NCBI RefSeq assembly: GCF_000181795.1
Contig: NW_003526943.1
Location: 7,709,566-7,773,565 of the forward strand
Length of the DNA: 64,000 bases
Direction of reading: 5' to 3'
Source: Trichinella spiralis
Taxonomy: Eukaryota
Positions 43,662-59,099 of the stretch are shown piece by piece. The notes beneath the pieces are model-generated. The model was not told the origin of the DNA and searched no databases. It saw nothing but the letters and a program-made list of their open reading frames with translations. The first letter of the stretch is position 1, and each line of letters begins with the position of its first letter. Position numbers and translations under genes: made by a program.

Positions 43662-45035
43662 CCCTTTCGGGCCCACCGTATCAATTTTGATACATAATGT
43701 TTTATGCCCCATAGCTATTTACTGAAATGTTTTTGTTAGCCATGCTTGTGTTTATGTATTTTTGACATTTGTCTTAACAATATTTTATTGCCATTTTTTT
43801 TCTCATCTTAGTAGATTTTTTATAATGCGCCCTACTGTACAGGTAGGTGAGACGAAAAAACATGAATTTGCATTTTGATGTATAAATTGAGAACTGAGCA
43901 GAATTTAAGGATAATAATTTTTTTACTAGTAGATGCTGATGTGAAGATGATGTTAAAATTAACTGCAGCCTCTAAAGTTTTTGGGGTGCTGAGTAGAGTT
44001 CCTTAGAATACCTGTATCAATTTTGATACACTGGGCTTTAACGGAAACTGCGCATCATGATTACTACCCTCAGCGTACTCAGATTCGCTTGCCCAACCCC
44101 GTATTACTTTTCTGAGAAAAATCATTTAGGATGTCTAATGAATTATTGTCAGATGCAATCAATAACATTTCTAAAAGTTTTGCACCATCGCTCATATTTA
44201 TTACTGAGATCGCGTCCTCACTACACGTCTAGTAGTTGCTGTAATTTGGTAGTTGCTGCCCCATGCACCTGTCAATAATTAAACGTTGAAATCCCAAACA
44301 TTTTAAAAAATTACAACATGAATATGGGTGGCATAGACCTGAACAACATGCTTGCTGCTCTATACCGCATCGAACACAAAAGTCGAAAATGGACCCGTCG
44401 CATTTTCTTTTGGATCATCAGCACTGCCATGACAAATGCATGGCAACTGTATAAGAGGGACAGAAAGGAGATGCCTGGAACATGCACAGGCACATTGGAC
44501 CTACTAAGCTTCACTTGCCAAGTTAGTCAGTCCTTGTGTCTCGTGAATTTCCAGAAGCCATTCTCGTGCGTCTTCTCCAACGGCAGCCCTGACGTCAAGA
44601 CGATTGGGAAGACGACCAACTGACCTCTCAAGAGAAGTAGCAAAGGACCAAACTAGCCATTGGCCAGAAATCACTCAAACGCGAAGAAGATGCAGACTGT
44701 GTTCTAAATTAGCGACGTGTCTGTGCAAAAAATGCAGTATTTACCTATGCCTAAGTAGCAACAGAAACTGCTTTACAGAATTTCATAAATAATTATTTGC
44801 CTGCCAATTACTGCATGCCTGCGTACATAAGAACAATAAGCGTATGCACAATTAGTTATAGAAACGTGTACTCCTTTGAGGCCCAGTGTATCAATTTTGA
44901 TACAGCTCTAAAAATGGCAATAATATTATTCAAACAATAAATCCTATTAGAATTTTCATAAACACACCATAACATGTTTAAAACGCATATTAAAAAAAAT
45001 TTTGCTTCACAGAAAAAATTGCTGGTCTGAAAGGG
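43662..45035 (+). mobile_element. Internally deleted non-autonomous piggyBac transposon (1374 bp)
   Basis: TTAA TSD on both sides (43658-43661, 45036-45039); TIRs CCCTTTCGGGCC / CCCTTTCAGACC; three GTATCAATTTTGATAC palindromic internal repeats; transposase remnant inside. Confidence 0.93.
44309..44792 (+). pseudogene. piggyBac transposase C-terminal remnant (frameshifted)
   Basis: YNMNMGGIDLNNML...YRIEHKSRKWTRRIFFWII...NAW, then in another frame HWP...RRRCRLC...CKKCSIYLCLSSNRNCFTEFH (cysteine-rich domain). Confidence 0.9.
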
Positions 45036-46605
45036 TTAATTAATAGAAATGAATATCTTTGTTGTTTAAAATTTTGAAATAATTTTATTTTTATAAATGA
45101 TGTGTTCAGTGTATTCATTGATTTACTTTAATATTTAACAATTCATTTACCTATATTTTATGTTTTACATTGTACTTTCAATTAATGCCAAATAGCATTA
45201 TTTTAATAAAACATAAAAAGCAAATGTTTTTCAAAATATTTCAAAATTTTCAAATTATTTGTTCATTGAAGAAATGTGTTTGTAATCAAACTAAATTTAA
45301 CAATTTTCAAATTCATTCAAATCAATTTCATCTGCATTCTATTGCAAATGAATAAAACTATAATAAATTTGAATAACACGTAAATTCACGTCACAAAATG
45401 TATTTTAGAATACATCTCCTTATTGTTATTGAAGTTTGAAAATTTGAAATTTATTTTAATTATCAGAAAAAGGGGAAGCTGAAATAAAATTTATATCTTA
45501 AATTATACTGAATCCCATGATATAATCTAAGTGATTTTTTTATTTTCATATAAAACTGAAATCTTTACTATCATCAAATGTTTAATAGTTGCTAATTGCT
45601 TGTTTGATTAGACGATAAGATAGAAAAAAGATTTTGCGGAACTTCAGTTTTAAAATTATGCCAGAATCAGTTAGGTAGAAAATGCTGTCGAATTGATGAA
45701 GCGACCGGCTTTGAACTGGGTTTTGTCGTCGCCGTTTTGGAACACAAGTGGAAAAATTACCGCAATTTGTCTTCCTCTGATTGAACAATCTTGCCACTTG
45801 ATCAGTGTGCTGTCGTAATTGGATTCTGCTAACAAATGATTATCTCACATGAAACCGATGCCATGCAAAGGTTTTGCAAATTTAACCTACAAAGATGGCA
45901 GCAATTTAACGTTCCTGAAAATTGAGTTGCACTTCTTAAAAATGCCTTTCCAATGGCTTCAACAGCGGTATGTCATGGTCGAATCTTTCTGACAGGCAAT
46001 CAACGCTATCTTGTTGGCGTTGTAAATTGGTTCTGATTTAGCTTTGAAAAGCAGCCTTTTCACCACTTTTCAAAAACATCCTAATTTATCTACTACAGTG
46101 ATGAAAGAAAACACATTTACATTCCAACTACAAATTATACAAATAGTGCATAAATTTACTGAAACGTCCCATATGAACTAACAATTGTGCATCACTTTTT
46201 ATAAAATTTGACGTCTAAGGCATAAACAACTGCAGTAAAATTACATTATGCAAATATAGGTAAATTTTAAAATAATAATTTAATAATTAGAAACAAATTT
46301 ATATTAAATAGTTTCAGCTTTTTATATCAGTGATTTCTTAAACATATATTGTGACATCGGTAAATATGTAACACAAACTGACATTTTACTGTCCATTGTT
46401 TGGAGTGCATTGTAAATTAAAAAATATTGCAAACAACAGGTGGCTTCAGTTTTAATTAAGATACTTTGAATATTTAAATTAAAATAATTCTAGTGCTAAA
46501 TTAGCTACTCTTAATATTAAGTTTTCATTATTTGCAAAAGTTTACTCTAGTTGATAGACTTAAAAAATATTTTATATTATTTTAGTAAACTGAAAATGTG
46601 CTATA

Positions 46606-46949
46606 CAGTAACGACATATAAAAGGAGACGACATGGGCGGCACCCCCCCCCCTAGTAGCCGTCGAATATTTTTTGGCTAAGTATCTGTTGTTAATATGTC
46701 TCTGCAACATTTTTTGCACTTAGTTAAACGATTGCCAAGTGATGAATAAAAATATAATAATAACATATATTATAAAATGCCCATAGACAATATTATCGAC
46801 AGATTTTGGTCTAAAAAACGTAATGCACTTTTCAAATAATAAAAATGATGTTTATATTGATCTTAGATTTTAGAGTTTTATCTGCGGATCACAAACGCGC
46901 TATGTATGTGTATCCACTTCCCTGTATGTTTCCTGCGTCAGCACCATTG
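46606..46949. mobile_element. hAT-type MITE
   Basis: Perfect 8-bp TSD GTGCTATA (46598-46605 and 46950-46957), CA...TG termini, G/C-run subterminal region. Confidence 0.7.
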
Positions 46950-49557
46950 GTGCTATATATGAAAATGAAATAAAGAAATTTAAGGTGACTCAAAATTTTT
47001 TTGAACTCATGGGCTACTTTATGGCCTCTGACCATATACATCTCTATATACAAAATAAGATTAATTATATCTGCAAATAACTTCAGTTAGTCCCTAATAT
47101 TTAATATTTAGATGATATTCAAATATAGCTGCATGCAATGTACATTTAGGCATTGCTATTTCTTCTGCAACAATGCCATTCTACTTCACTGCTGATTATT
47201 GTAAAAATGATAAAGTGATCATATAATGCCTAATGTAATGTAGATTCTTAATCATAATTTAGTTTATTTCAATTTAAATAAAACTTTAACTTATAATTTA
47301 TTTTGCCGATTGTAATTTTGCTATTTCAGATTACTTTCATCATATTTTTTGTGGTTATGTCTAATATTGCAAACTTATATTGGATGATCAAAATGAACTC
47401 AAAAGTTAATGTTGTTATTAAAATAATGCAGTTCATTATATTGATAATTTAAAGTATTTAGGTTGAATATTTTATAAATTTATAACAAATGTGAATTAAA
47501 AACTCTAGGATATTATTCATTTTAATTAATTAATGCATATGTGCAATACTGCTGGAGTTTTATTTTTTATTCTATGTGATTTCACTTTCAAGTAGGATAA
47601 TGAAAATCTATTTATTCAAAGAAATACATTGGACTGACATCTGATTATACAAAGGGAGGGAATAAGTAGGCAATAAACTTTTAGCAGAACTGTAATGTAT
47701 TTTATATTTATACAAAAGAGAACTTCAACAACTGTAGCCGTCCTTGATCTTCATTTTGAAACATGTTGTCAAAATGCTACAAGTGTCATTTGCAGTCTTG
47801 TACTAGTTGTTATGTCGATAAGTATATGATTGTGATTTTATCGTTGCCATGTGTTTGCATTCTAACTAGCGTATCATGACATCTGCTTGCAAATGATTTT
47901 CGCGCACGATTAAACAGTTAAAGAGGCCGAACGTTGCAGTTTTGACATATCACAACAGTAGCACCTGGTTTACTGTAAATCTGCAACGTCACGATTCTGT
48001 AAAAGATGTTTAGAATTTCTGCAAAAACAATTAACCCAATAAAGTGAAACTGAATACTTATGCAAATTTTTGCCATTCCATGTGGTTAATATGAAAATCT
48101 ATTTTATTATTCATTTGTTAAATTAAAACAGTCACATCTCCTTTCTTTTTTTATAAAAAAAGTAACAGTAAAACAGCTTTTCTTTAGTAAATATGAGTTA
48201 TATAAATGAAGCAGTTCCATTTTAAAGTATCTTACACTTAAATGCACATTCAAACAATAGCAGTGTTTAAAGATAATTAAACAAATAATGTCTATTATTT
48301 CATCATTTACATCAAAACATACCATGTATATCTTATAAAACTAATTATGAATGAAAAAATCAGAAAAATAGAAATAATATTTGATTAATTTAAAATCACT
48401 AAAAACTCAAAATTTTGAAGTGGAATAATCACAAAATTCAAACTGAAATATATTAAGCAAATCTTCTCCTTTTTATTTCTTAATTCATTTATTTTACTAA
48501 GTATTCAACATCTATATCACTGCTTTTCAAATACTTTTAATAAATGTCTAAATATAATGAAATAAATTCTTTAAAACAAAAAATTTCAATTTATGAAACA
48601 TAAAGATGTAATATAAAATTTCTGAAATGCACACCGTCTTATTAAGATGCAAACAAAGCATATACATGATTACTTTTAAACCATTTTTTACTACATTTTT
48701 GATTTAATAATTAGAAAGAAACTTCTTGGTAGGCTGTATTTCCATGAGAGCAAAATTTGCAGAAACATATTGTCAAAATTCACAATTAAATTTGTTTATT
48801 GACAAATGCATGAGCGTTGTCTAAAAAAGCATTTTCAAAAACGCAAACAAAGTAACAAGCTAATGAGCGCAGCTGTCTTTGATATGCAACTTGATTTTTG
48901 AGTTCTTAGATACACTTTATCTTAATGGATTTCAATTTTTTCAGGCTGTTACTGCTAATTACTGATCAAAAAATTATATCAAGATTATTAACTGCTTCAG
49001 TCATACGTAAAATAAACTATAAATCAGTAAATAATGTAATGTAAGCATTACAGTAAAAATGTAATAAAATATTAATAATAAAAAATTCATATTGTGTAAA
49101 ATTAAAAATTTTTCAATTTGTCAAAAATAATTTCACATAACCTATTGCATGCATATTGATATGTTGATATTTAAAGATGCAGTGTATATATTGTATTTAA
49201 ATATATCTATTTCAGAAAAAACTGCAAAATTATTTTATTTTCTTTTATATTTCATTTTATTAAAAAATAGCGTTTTTAAATATCACATCCTGTTATACAA
49301 TACTTTATAATGAAATCAAATAAATTAAAACCAGACAACTTCAGAAGTCATCTACAAAACACTTTCCGCAATTAAGAAAGAACTGTTCTTGACGAAAATT
49401 TCCAGAAGGAGCAAATTATATTTTTTTTCTTTTAGCAAACAACAGTATAATGTACAACAGAATTTATAGGTTTGAGCAGTTCATGCACTGATCGCAGTTA
49501 AATTTTATTTTTTGCACACTGTGCAACTTTTTGTGGACATTGCAACTTATAAATAAA

Positions 49558-52500
49558 TTAAGGCGACAGTTCTTCCTCTTCCTCATCACTGATATCATTG
49601 TTCTTGCTTGATGTCAATCTTGTTGAAGTAGTGTGATTGTACAATCCCTGAGCCATGAGTTGTATGGCAAGAAGATTGTTGCAACGGTTTTGTTTTTTAA
49701 TTTTTGCACGCTTATTCTACAACAAATTGTAACATTTCACTTATAACAATTATTGTATATGTAAAATAATGGCTTACTTGAAACCAAATTTTAATCTGTG
49801 ATTCATTCAAGCCAAGTTCTGATGCTAACTCTTGTCGCCTTTTTTCAGTCAAATAACGATTCTCTTGAAATTCAAAACGCAACCGTTCCAGTTGTTGTGT
49901 GGTAAATGCAGTTCTAGGCCGCTTTTCATCTGCTTTTGCTTTATTTCGGATACGACGATTTCTAGGTCCTTAAAGCCAAATAAATAAGCGCAAATCGATG
50001 TCTCAACAGTATTAAATACATGCAATTATATTTCCTAATAAATGTCACATAAATAAAAATAAAGTCATTTATTTTGAAGTAATCTCATTTTACATATTGT
50101 TCAATTATTTTTTCTGCTATTTGTCACTTATTAATTTTTTTAGTCATATTTTAGTTCATATCTTAAGTTCACTACAAAATGCTAACCTATTTGAACTGAC
50201 AGGCAACTAGTACTGTATTAGATGCCAGACAACCTTAGCAGACTGACAGTCTGCCTATGCTCATTCATCATCATTGCAAAGATAACAATTGGCACAAATC
50301 ATACAGTACACTAATACCAGTAGTGTTTCATTATGCAGGTCAAATTGTAAACAAATGTTTTCACTAATTACCATGACTTTAAATGACATAAAAGCTTGTT
50401 TGCAACATTAATACTGCTGCAATCTTGATTTACCACTGATCGTTTACAATTTGCGCATGTAATGTCTATTTGCAGAAACATCATTAAAAAGAATGATAAC
50501 ACTTTCACAACAAACACAAATTCGAGTTTTTTATTTAATACAAATAAAAACTAAATCATTTAACTTAGTTCCATTTTAAATTCTGGCTCATGTTATTTCT
50601 TTAAAATAAAATAAACACATACAACAGTAATAAAGATTTTTTTTATTAAAATAGTTAATATCTTTTGCTTGAAACTTGAATTTTCATTTGAACAAAAATT
50701 AGAGTGCAATATATTAAAGTGATATGTAATTACCTTCTATTTTAAACTTGCTTCATTAGGTTTATAGTAAAATAAGCATATCTGACGGAGTTTTCAATCT
50801 ATTTTTTGAGATTTGAGGTGTCGTGAACCAAAAACATCTGTTTAACTTATTATTACATGTTACGCAACTGAACAATGGTAGTCTAATTTTTATAGAAAAT
50901 TAAGCAAATAACAGTAATAAATCATTCAGACATACAGCACTGCAGATGCAATTGTTTATGGAACGATGGTTTGATTATCTAAAATGGCATTTCTTGAATA
51001 ATATCTGTAGTAACACATACACTTATGTCAACCAAATTTAAGCAATTTGAATGCTAAAAATTAATAAAGTCACAGTAGTGACAATTCTGTATTTACTGGT
51101 TGACAGAAAATCAAGATTCTATTGCGATGACTATTGAAAATTATTCAATTAGCTAATATCTTACTGAGCAATAAAATGGACAACATCAACATTTTCTTTA
51201 ATCGAGTGGAAAATGCTAAACAGCTGTTTGACAGAAATACAATTGAGGAATTGAATCTGTAAAAATAAAGCTGGTAAAAATGTTTGCGCACAAAACCTGG
51301 TAATTATCAAATTTGTTTGTTAAATTTCAAACACAAATAATTAGCGGTAATTAAAATACAAACAAAATTAAAATTGCCTTATTATTAATAAGCAATGAAA
51401 TTAAGAAACATTAATAAACCTATATTTACACATTGACATTTATAACATTGACTTTTTTGCATAAATATAACTTTTTATTACTACCTGAAATTATATCTAT
51501 AAGAAATTTAATCATGTTAGTAAATAAGTGTGGCTATCAGAATGCTGAACTGTGCTTTTCAATTTCTTCAGTAATAAAAGCTGACTGAACATTTAACATT
51601 TTAGCATGTTAAAAAAGACGGAAATTGGCTAATAAAATTAATATTAATTTAATCTGCTTATGATGAAGCATCTGTTGAACACTTCCGTTATTGAAGGTTG
51701 TCAGTAATTATCTGTGACTTATTTTCACCAATAAATTAGAATTAGCAAAAGTTGGTTAAGCTAGCAAAACAACAGCTGCTGTACTGTGGCAGTTAGCATC
51801 AGTAAAAATTGGCAACAATTTACTTGGTCAACTCTAATAGTATTAAAAACTTACCTAACGTATGCGGCTAAATTAACGTTGTTTGAAATATATTCTACGT
51901 TTGATTTATAAAACTTCATTAAGCATATGCTTATCATTCAATTCTAAAAATCTGAAAATCTTCAGAAGTCTTTCACCGAAGATCAAATTGTACATCTGCC
52001 TAGTTTGAGTAAAAACGAACATTTAAATTGTCATATTTGACTGACATCTGTCAGTTCCTACATTTGATGGTGCTCTTAGCAAAGGTTTATTTCATACATT
52101 TTTCTTGGTAGCAAAGCTCAATTTAATTCCTCGAATTTCTAAACTTCTATTTCAGTCTATAATGTCTTAAGTTATTCAAGTTTTATTAGTACAAGGCACT
52201 TAAATGTCAGAACTTACCGTCATTTTAAATAAATTATAAAATCCAAAATTCATTATCAAACTCATAATTTTTTAAAGAAGTGTGCTTTAATATAATGCAT
52301 GAACTTAAAAGAAGGGTTTTGATAAATTTATCCACCATTCTCGAAATTCTTTTCTACAAGATGGTCAAAAAAGAATATTCATAAAAAGATACTAAAAAAT
52401 AACCATAACAAGGTCGTCAATGCTTATTATTAACTTGAGTGTGACATTGATACTAAACATGGATAGGTATATAAATGTCTGATAGGTAAAATCAGACGAC

Positions 52501-53884
52501 CTCAATTGTTTATCAGCAATAGCAAACGACGGTCAGTTACTGGCCAACACAAATGACCGATGATTTAAAATGCCTGTCACCATTGCTAGCGCTAATTGAC
52601 ATTTCGCTTCCTTGCAGACATCAAGGCGCTCATCTTATTTTATCTGTAGACAGTCAAACATATAATTGATCGTCACCAGAAGACCTAACTAAATTAACCT
52701 TCGAACTCTCGTGAGGTCTCAATGTTGAAAATCATCAGAAACTGGAAACCTTTAAGATGTAAAGCTACACCGGTCAGAATAGAACAACTGTTATAAATTT
52801 TAATTGAATATCTTCTTCCTCATATTCAACATATTACTTCGAATAAATTCATATTGCGATCATCTGATTCAGATGTGAAATGAAATTATTACTTATAAAT
52901 AATGTGAATTTATAATCAGCAATCAACAGACCATGCTTGTTTTTAAGAAATGAAATGTAAATATTTTACAAGAAAAATTAAAATCTTTCATGTAATATAT
53001 GTAATTCATGTAATATTTACAATTTTACTTTTATTTATTGAATATTCAAAGCAGCATGCATTAAAAAATCGAGAAATGAAAAGAAGTTACATTGATCAAA
53101 ATTACTTAATTAGATAGTCCTCAAGAATGCATATTTAAAAATTCTCTTTTCTAAAGTATAAGAAAAGTCCAGTGAAAAAATTTAACAAATGAATTGGAAT
53201 TTTTAAATGATAAATTCAAATATTGATGAAATATTCGACAACTCTGTGAGATCTATTGTACTTAAAAGTTTTGAAAGCTAAACAATTAAGTTTTATTAGT
53301 TCTGACATTTTAAATGCTTCAGGAAACATTAATACATTATACACTACAAGGAATGCAAAATACAAAAAAGAATTATAATCTTATTTATTTTTCAAAGGTT
53401 TAGCAAGATATGCTTTTACGATATGAACATTTATTTTATTAATCAATGTATAAAAGAAAACACAAGTCATACCTGATGAAGGACGATCTGAATAGCGAGT
53501 ACAATAAACCCATGCGGGCCATAGGACTTGTGGCACGTTCTTCATCTGGCTTTCGCAACCGGTCATTTCAGAAAGGGACTTAGAAATTTGCCCATTACCG
53601 GAAGATGCTGATGGCCGTTTTATATTCAAATTCATCGAAGTTTTCATTTCTTTTAAATTTTTATTAATCATTTCAGATCGAGAATGTAATCCAAAATCAG
53701 GCTTAAGAATATTTTCTACAGAAAATTTCAATTCTGATCTTGAATAAAGTTGCTCCAACTCATTTGCATTAGTTTCCTTTGCAGAGCTGGGTGATGGGCT
53801 AGCACTTTCACTGTCGGAATGTTCTCCATCAGAACCTAGGCTTGGTTGCCTCGTTTGTGGCTTTACTTTCACGCACAGTGTCAT
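49558..53884 (-). CDS. en: Engrailed homeobox protein (ceh-16 orthologue); exons 53884-53473, 49968-49778, 49716-49558
   Basis: eh1 [16 protein letters not shown]2 [20 protein letters not shown]; homeodomain [60 protein letters not shown]5 [13 protein letters not shown]. Confidence 0.97.
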
Positions 53885-56800
53885 TGCAAGGTAGGCGCCC
53901 TTCAGCGACTGATCGGCGCCTCTTCTGCAACGACTTAAGAATCGCCAAATGTTGGCTTTCTCAGCCAATCACTAAATAGTGTACAGTATGTCAAAGGTGG
54001 GGCAGCTGCTCACGATTGGTAGATTGGGCTCTTCGCTTTGTCGCCTTCGGAAAACAAAATTCTTAACTGACAATAGGACAAATTTATGAACTAGAAAAGA
54101 AGAAACGCTTGGAATGCAATTGTAGATTTATCTGAAACTGCTAAACAAAGTACATTGATTGTATTAAAGACATTTTGATTAACTTTTGCAACTTTTGATA
54201 AAAGTATAACAACTGATCTATTGATTAAGCACTATGAGCGTGGGAATTTCCGAAGCACAGGTTTCATACAAATTTCAATCATGGCATTTAAATAATATCA
54301 ACTTAATATTTTACAAATAACATCTAAAAGATGACTTGATTAACTTTTTGTTTTAAAATAACAAATTATCTGTCTGCATCGAATCGTAAATTACTCTAAA
54401 ATTATTACCATTTCAATAATAAAGCTTTTTAAATTAACATATACTATATAATTTTAATAGCGTTTGCAGGCATTAACACAGTTATGTTCAAATTATATTG
54501 CAAATAAAATGAAATACAAAAAAAAAATTAAAATTTCAGATGATTTACTTGCATTTTTTAAATGTCATTATGAGTGATGTGAAACCTGCCATTAGATACT
54601 AAAAATCACGTTACAAACTTACAGTGCAGTACAAACCCAAAAATGCTCTGAAGAAATATGGGCTGTTTATCATTACAATACTATCATGAATATACTAGAG
54701 ATTTTTTAACGTAAAGTTTTATGTATGTATGTATGTATTTATTAGCAAATTAATTTTTAAACATATTCACATTTTATGTATATTCACAAGATAAACTAAA
54801 AAGTGAATAATAAATTAAAATATCATGCAACAAATCTTTAACGATTTTGAAGACTTTAATAATTCTGATTATTTTAAAATTAGAATTTTTAGTTGATTTC
54901 TAAAATGTAAATAGATAAAAATTTTCTAAAAGTGCTTAATTTTTAAGTTTTCTCAATTTTATTGCTTTTTTATTGTGCTGTAAAGTAGCTAAATTTTAAA
55001 GTAATTAGCATTTATTAAAATATAAATGATAAAGTACATAATTAATTTAATTTGAATTTATTTAGAGCTTCTTAATCATTGTCAATTAATGAAAGTAAAC
55101 GTGCAATTTATGAAATAAAACAACACTATGTTAAAAATTTACAATATATATTTGCTTGTCTTCAAACTGCATACAAAAATTCTATAACTTATTTTTATTT
55201 TATATTGTCAAAAGTAATATTTCGAGTAAAAACATTCTAAACAATAAAAGAGCAGTTGGAAATTACGTGAAAAGTGAAACTTATAATTTTTGCCTTTTAG
55301 TATAGTAAGTACTTTAGAAGTGACCAGTTGAACAGTCTTAAATAAAAATAATTTGAAAATTATGATGTGTAAATTTTGTCTTGGTAAGTAAAAATTGATT
55401 TATCATTTTCAATTAAACAGTAACGTTTTTCAATACGTGTGCTATATTCTAAATTTTGAGAAAGAGAGCATTTACTCAAGACATGTGATTCTTCACATTT
55501 ACACTGGCGTTAATTAATTGCTGAAATCAATCAAACAAGTTCTTTTCTTTCAGTAACTGCTAACGTCAGCTTTACTTTGACTGCTAGTAAAATTATATTG
55601 CATTTAACTTTAGATTGCATTAAACAATCTGAAAATGCTCTGAAATAAAATGCTAACATATGCTTCAGTTCGACTTTACACTGAGAATTCTTGTGATAAA
55701 AAATGTATAACGTTTTTGTAAGATAATTGTATTACTAAGGTTAAACTAAATTAAGAAAACATCTTAAGACTGTGCATATTTTAGAAATAGTAAATTTATA
55801 AAAATTTTATGGCATTATTACGTAAATTGCATTTATTTTTTTATTCTCCTTTTCCTAGTGACAGCTACAGAAAACCATAATGCTATTAGTGCTTCCTTAA
55901 ATGGAACAAACCCATAATTATTTCAACAGTATTTCGTGTGAATGCGTTTAAAATTTATCTTTAAAAGTATTAAAATGTATCTTATATAACGTTAAACAGT
56001 ATTTATGTTTAACCACAAAAGTTTTTCCAAGAATTTATAAGTAGCCAGCTTTGGTCGATTAGCGTCACGATGTCGGGCATCACTTTCGTGTCATTGAAGG
56101 TCAAAAGTAGCCGCCAACGATATGCATCGAAGTGTTGGAGTTAAGCAAGCATTTATCGCCGATTTTGTCATACGTCAACGCAAAGCCAAATGCCATTTCT
56201 GTCAAACCTCTTCATCATTCGACGAATTATCACTACTCACTTAATACCAGTTCTTGGCTGAAGCTCGTCACAGTCACTTCATCATTGCTGACAGCCGTTG
56301 AGTAGCACAATTGAAATCTCTTTGTATTGATAATTTCCATTCAGCATGTTAGCATAATTTATAAATTTACCATCATCAGTATACATGCAAGTAAACTGTT
56401 CACTCTTTTTTAACAAAGTGAAGTGTATTTTAATGAAAATTCATTGATCATTTTTCACCTTTAAATTTTGAAAGCAAATAACACATTAAAGACCTTAAAC
56501 AAATTTATAAAGTTGCAAAATCAAAAATTGAAGTGATTTTTGCAGCATGAAGACTGAAAGTAGTTACAAATGTTTTTGCATTAAATTCACATTGCATCAG
56601 ACACAAGTAAATTTATTTCGAATTTGTGAATTGACATATTACATATATAAATAATAATTGTTTAGAATATTTAAAATGAGATCTTACAAGATTAGATGTA
56701 ATGCAAGTCAGTCAAAAATACGATTCATCCTATGATGGCTGCAGTGTAAATATTTTGGTTAATTTACTCGAATATATGCATTTTGTGTTTCTTATTTAAA

Positions 56801-59099
56801 TAGACATAAGTGAACCATTCCCTTGATAAGAGCATAAATAAATTAGCATACCAAAGTATCAGTATGAAGTTTAATGTTTTAATTAAGTGCATATGCTTAT
56901 TAACTGCTCGGATGTTTTATATTACACGTTATTTCACAGATATTGCCTTTCTAATTATGCAAAAAATGCATAAAGTAATACTTTAAAATAATTTCAGTGT
57001 ATGTTATTTAATATTATGAGTACATTGTTAAATTTCTTTTGACTATTTTGTGCACTCGAGTTATAAATTCAAAACAACTTATTGCATATATATGCGTATA
57101 CGTATTAAATATAACTAAAAGAACTAATAAATCAATGAGCTTTGAAACGTCATGTCAGTATAAGCAACTTTGTAAAGTTTAAAAAGCAAAAATGTAAAGT
57201 TGCCCAAATTTGTTATATTCTTTTAATTTAGATTTTTCAGTGTACCCACTATCTCAATTCAAATTTATTTCCCCACTGAAAATTAATTAGAATTTTGTTA
57301 TTGTAATTACCGTTGATGAAATGTAATCTGCTTGACAAGGCATCATTGTCAAGTGGCAATGAACTCTTTATGCTAAACAGCGTATTTCATTTAAACTTTT
57401 AAATTACATCATTAATTGCACATCAATTATTATTAAATTGCATATAGTATAGATTTTCACTGCTTGCTTTTCTGTTGATAAAAATGCCTGTGGTTCACAT
57501 TAAAAATGCCTATTATAAAATTTTCTCATGATGTAATAAATACATAGAAAGTTTTGCATTGTAAATAATGTAGCATTATGTAGATATTAATAATAAAATT
57601 TTATTTTGTAATATTTTATGAATTTCATTCAGTTATCCAAGGTAACTGTTATATTCATTATTCATGTTCACATCTTTACTTCAAAAACATTCTATGTTGT
57701 GACGTTTTATTGTGATTCCAAACGATGCTGCTACATAAACCCGTCATCGTTAATTTGAAAACAAATTATAAAACATAAAAAAGAACCAAACAAAAATTAA
57801 ATTTTATACTTAGCATATTTTATACTTCTCCTTAGTAAAATAAAAAGGATGCAAAATAATTCAAATAAGCAAACGTTGATACTTATGATAAATCTAAATT
57901 GCTTAAATTAAATAAAATATTAAGATTCATCTATGTAATTCTCAATCAGGGATCACTTTAATTAAACAATATTAATTTATCTTTATTTATTTAGAAATAT
58001 AATATACAAAACAAAATAATTGCACGTTCTACATAATCTTAAATAAAGCTCGTTAAATATTATACATTAATTAGTGCTACAAATTTTTGAGAATTCATTC
58101 TTATAATTTAAATCGTTCAAATTTAGCAGATTTTGCTACAACAGAAAAAACAAATCAATTGAACAGCTAATATATTGAAAATTCAATTGATAAAATCAAA
58201 AATCTGATCAACATGAGCATATTATGTAGGTTCTCTTTGAAAACTGTATTTAGTGTTAAAGGGGCGTACACGCCCTTGGTGCATTTCCTTCAAAATATTT
58301 ATGATTTATTGGCAAAGCCATCTGGACAATGACTTGATGCAATGCTAACAATCATACAGCTGCATCGTTCTGCCCAAAAGAGCATGTACTGTCAATCAAA
58401 TGAGAGCTTTAATGAGGAACGAAGTGTCAAATGAAAATGAGCAGAAAAAATAAAATGCTTCTAATTGGAATAAATTTCTTAATGAGAATTGGTTTTTAAT
58501 AACTCTCACAATAAAAGAAAATTTTTTCATTGGATATTAAACTTTATCCTAAAACGTAACAAAATTTTTGTGTTTTGTACAAAAGTGGCAAACTAATTTA
58601 ATAATATATTGTCATTTAATTCCTTTTTTCAAGCATCTCTGCCACCCTGCTTTTCAATGTAACACATTATGAATAGAAAGTACACTTCAGGCATTTATAA
58701 ATTTATTTTTAATGCATGCTAATTATGCTTTAACTGAATGTGTGTTACAAACTAAAATTTCATTTATAAACATCCATATATTTATTATATATAAACAACT
58801 TACTATGAAAACAGCGAACCACATTAAAGGAAGTTTAAGTTGCATGTTTGCAGGCATACTTTCTAGATGCATTTCATATAACTTGTTAATTAGTAATTCA
58901 ATCTGTTTACCACTGGTGCAAAAATGCCAGTCACAACTGATATATGATATGTTTATGCATGCTTACATCATATTTATTTACTGATTATTATTAAAAATGA
59001 TAATTAACTTTCAATTAGCAGGAATTTCACTGTGATTGGTAATAAAAGTTAGTAGTTTAATTATTGCTAAACGACATTGCAAGAAACAGTAAGTACAAT

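Noticed and set aside
58257..58560. TTAA-AGGGG Kolobok-like transposon end
   Set aside because: No matching right TIR found, so it is not supportable as an element.
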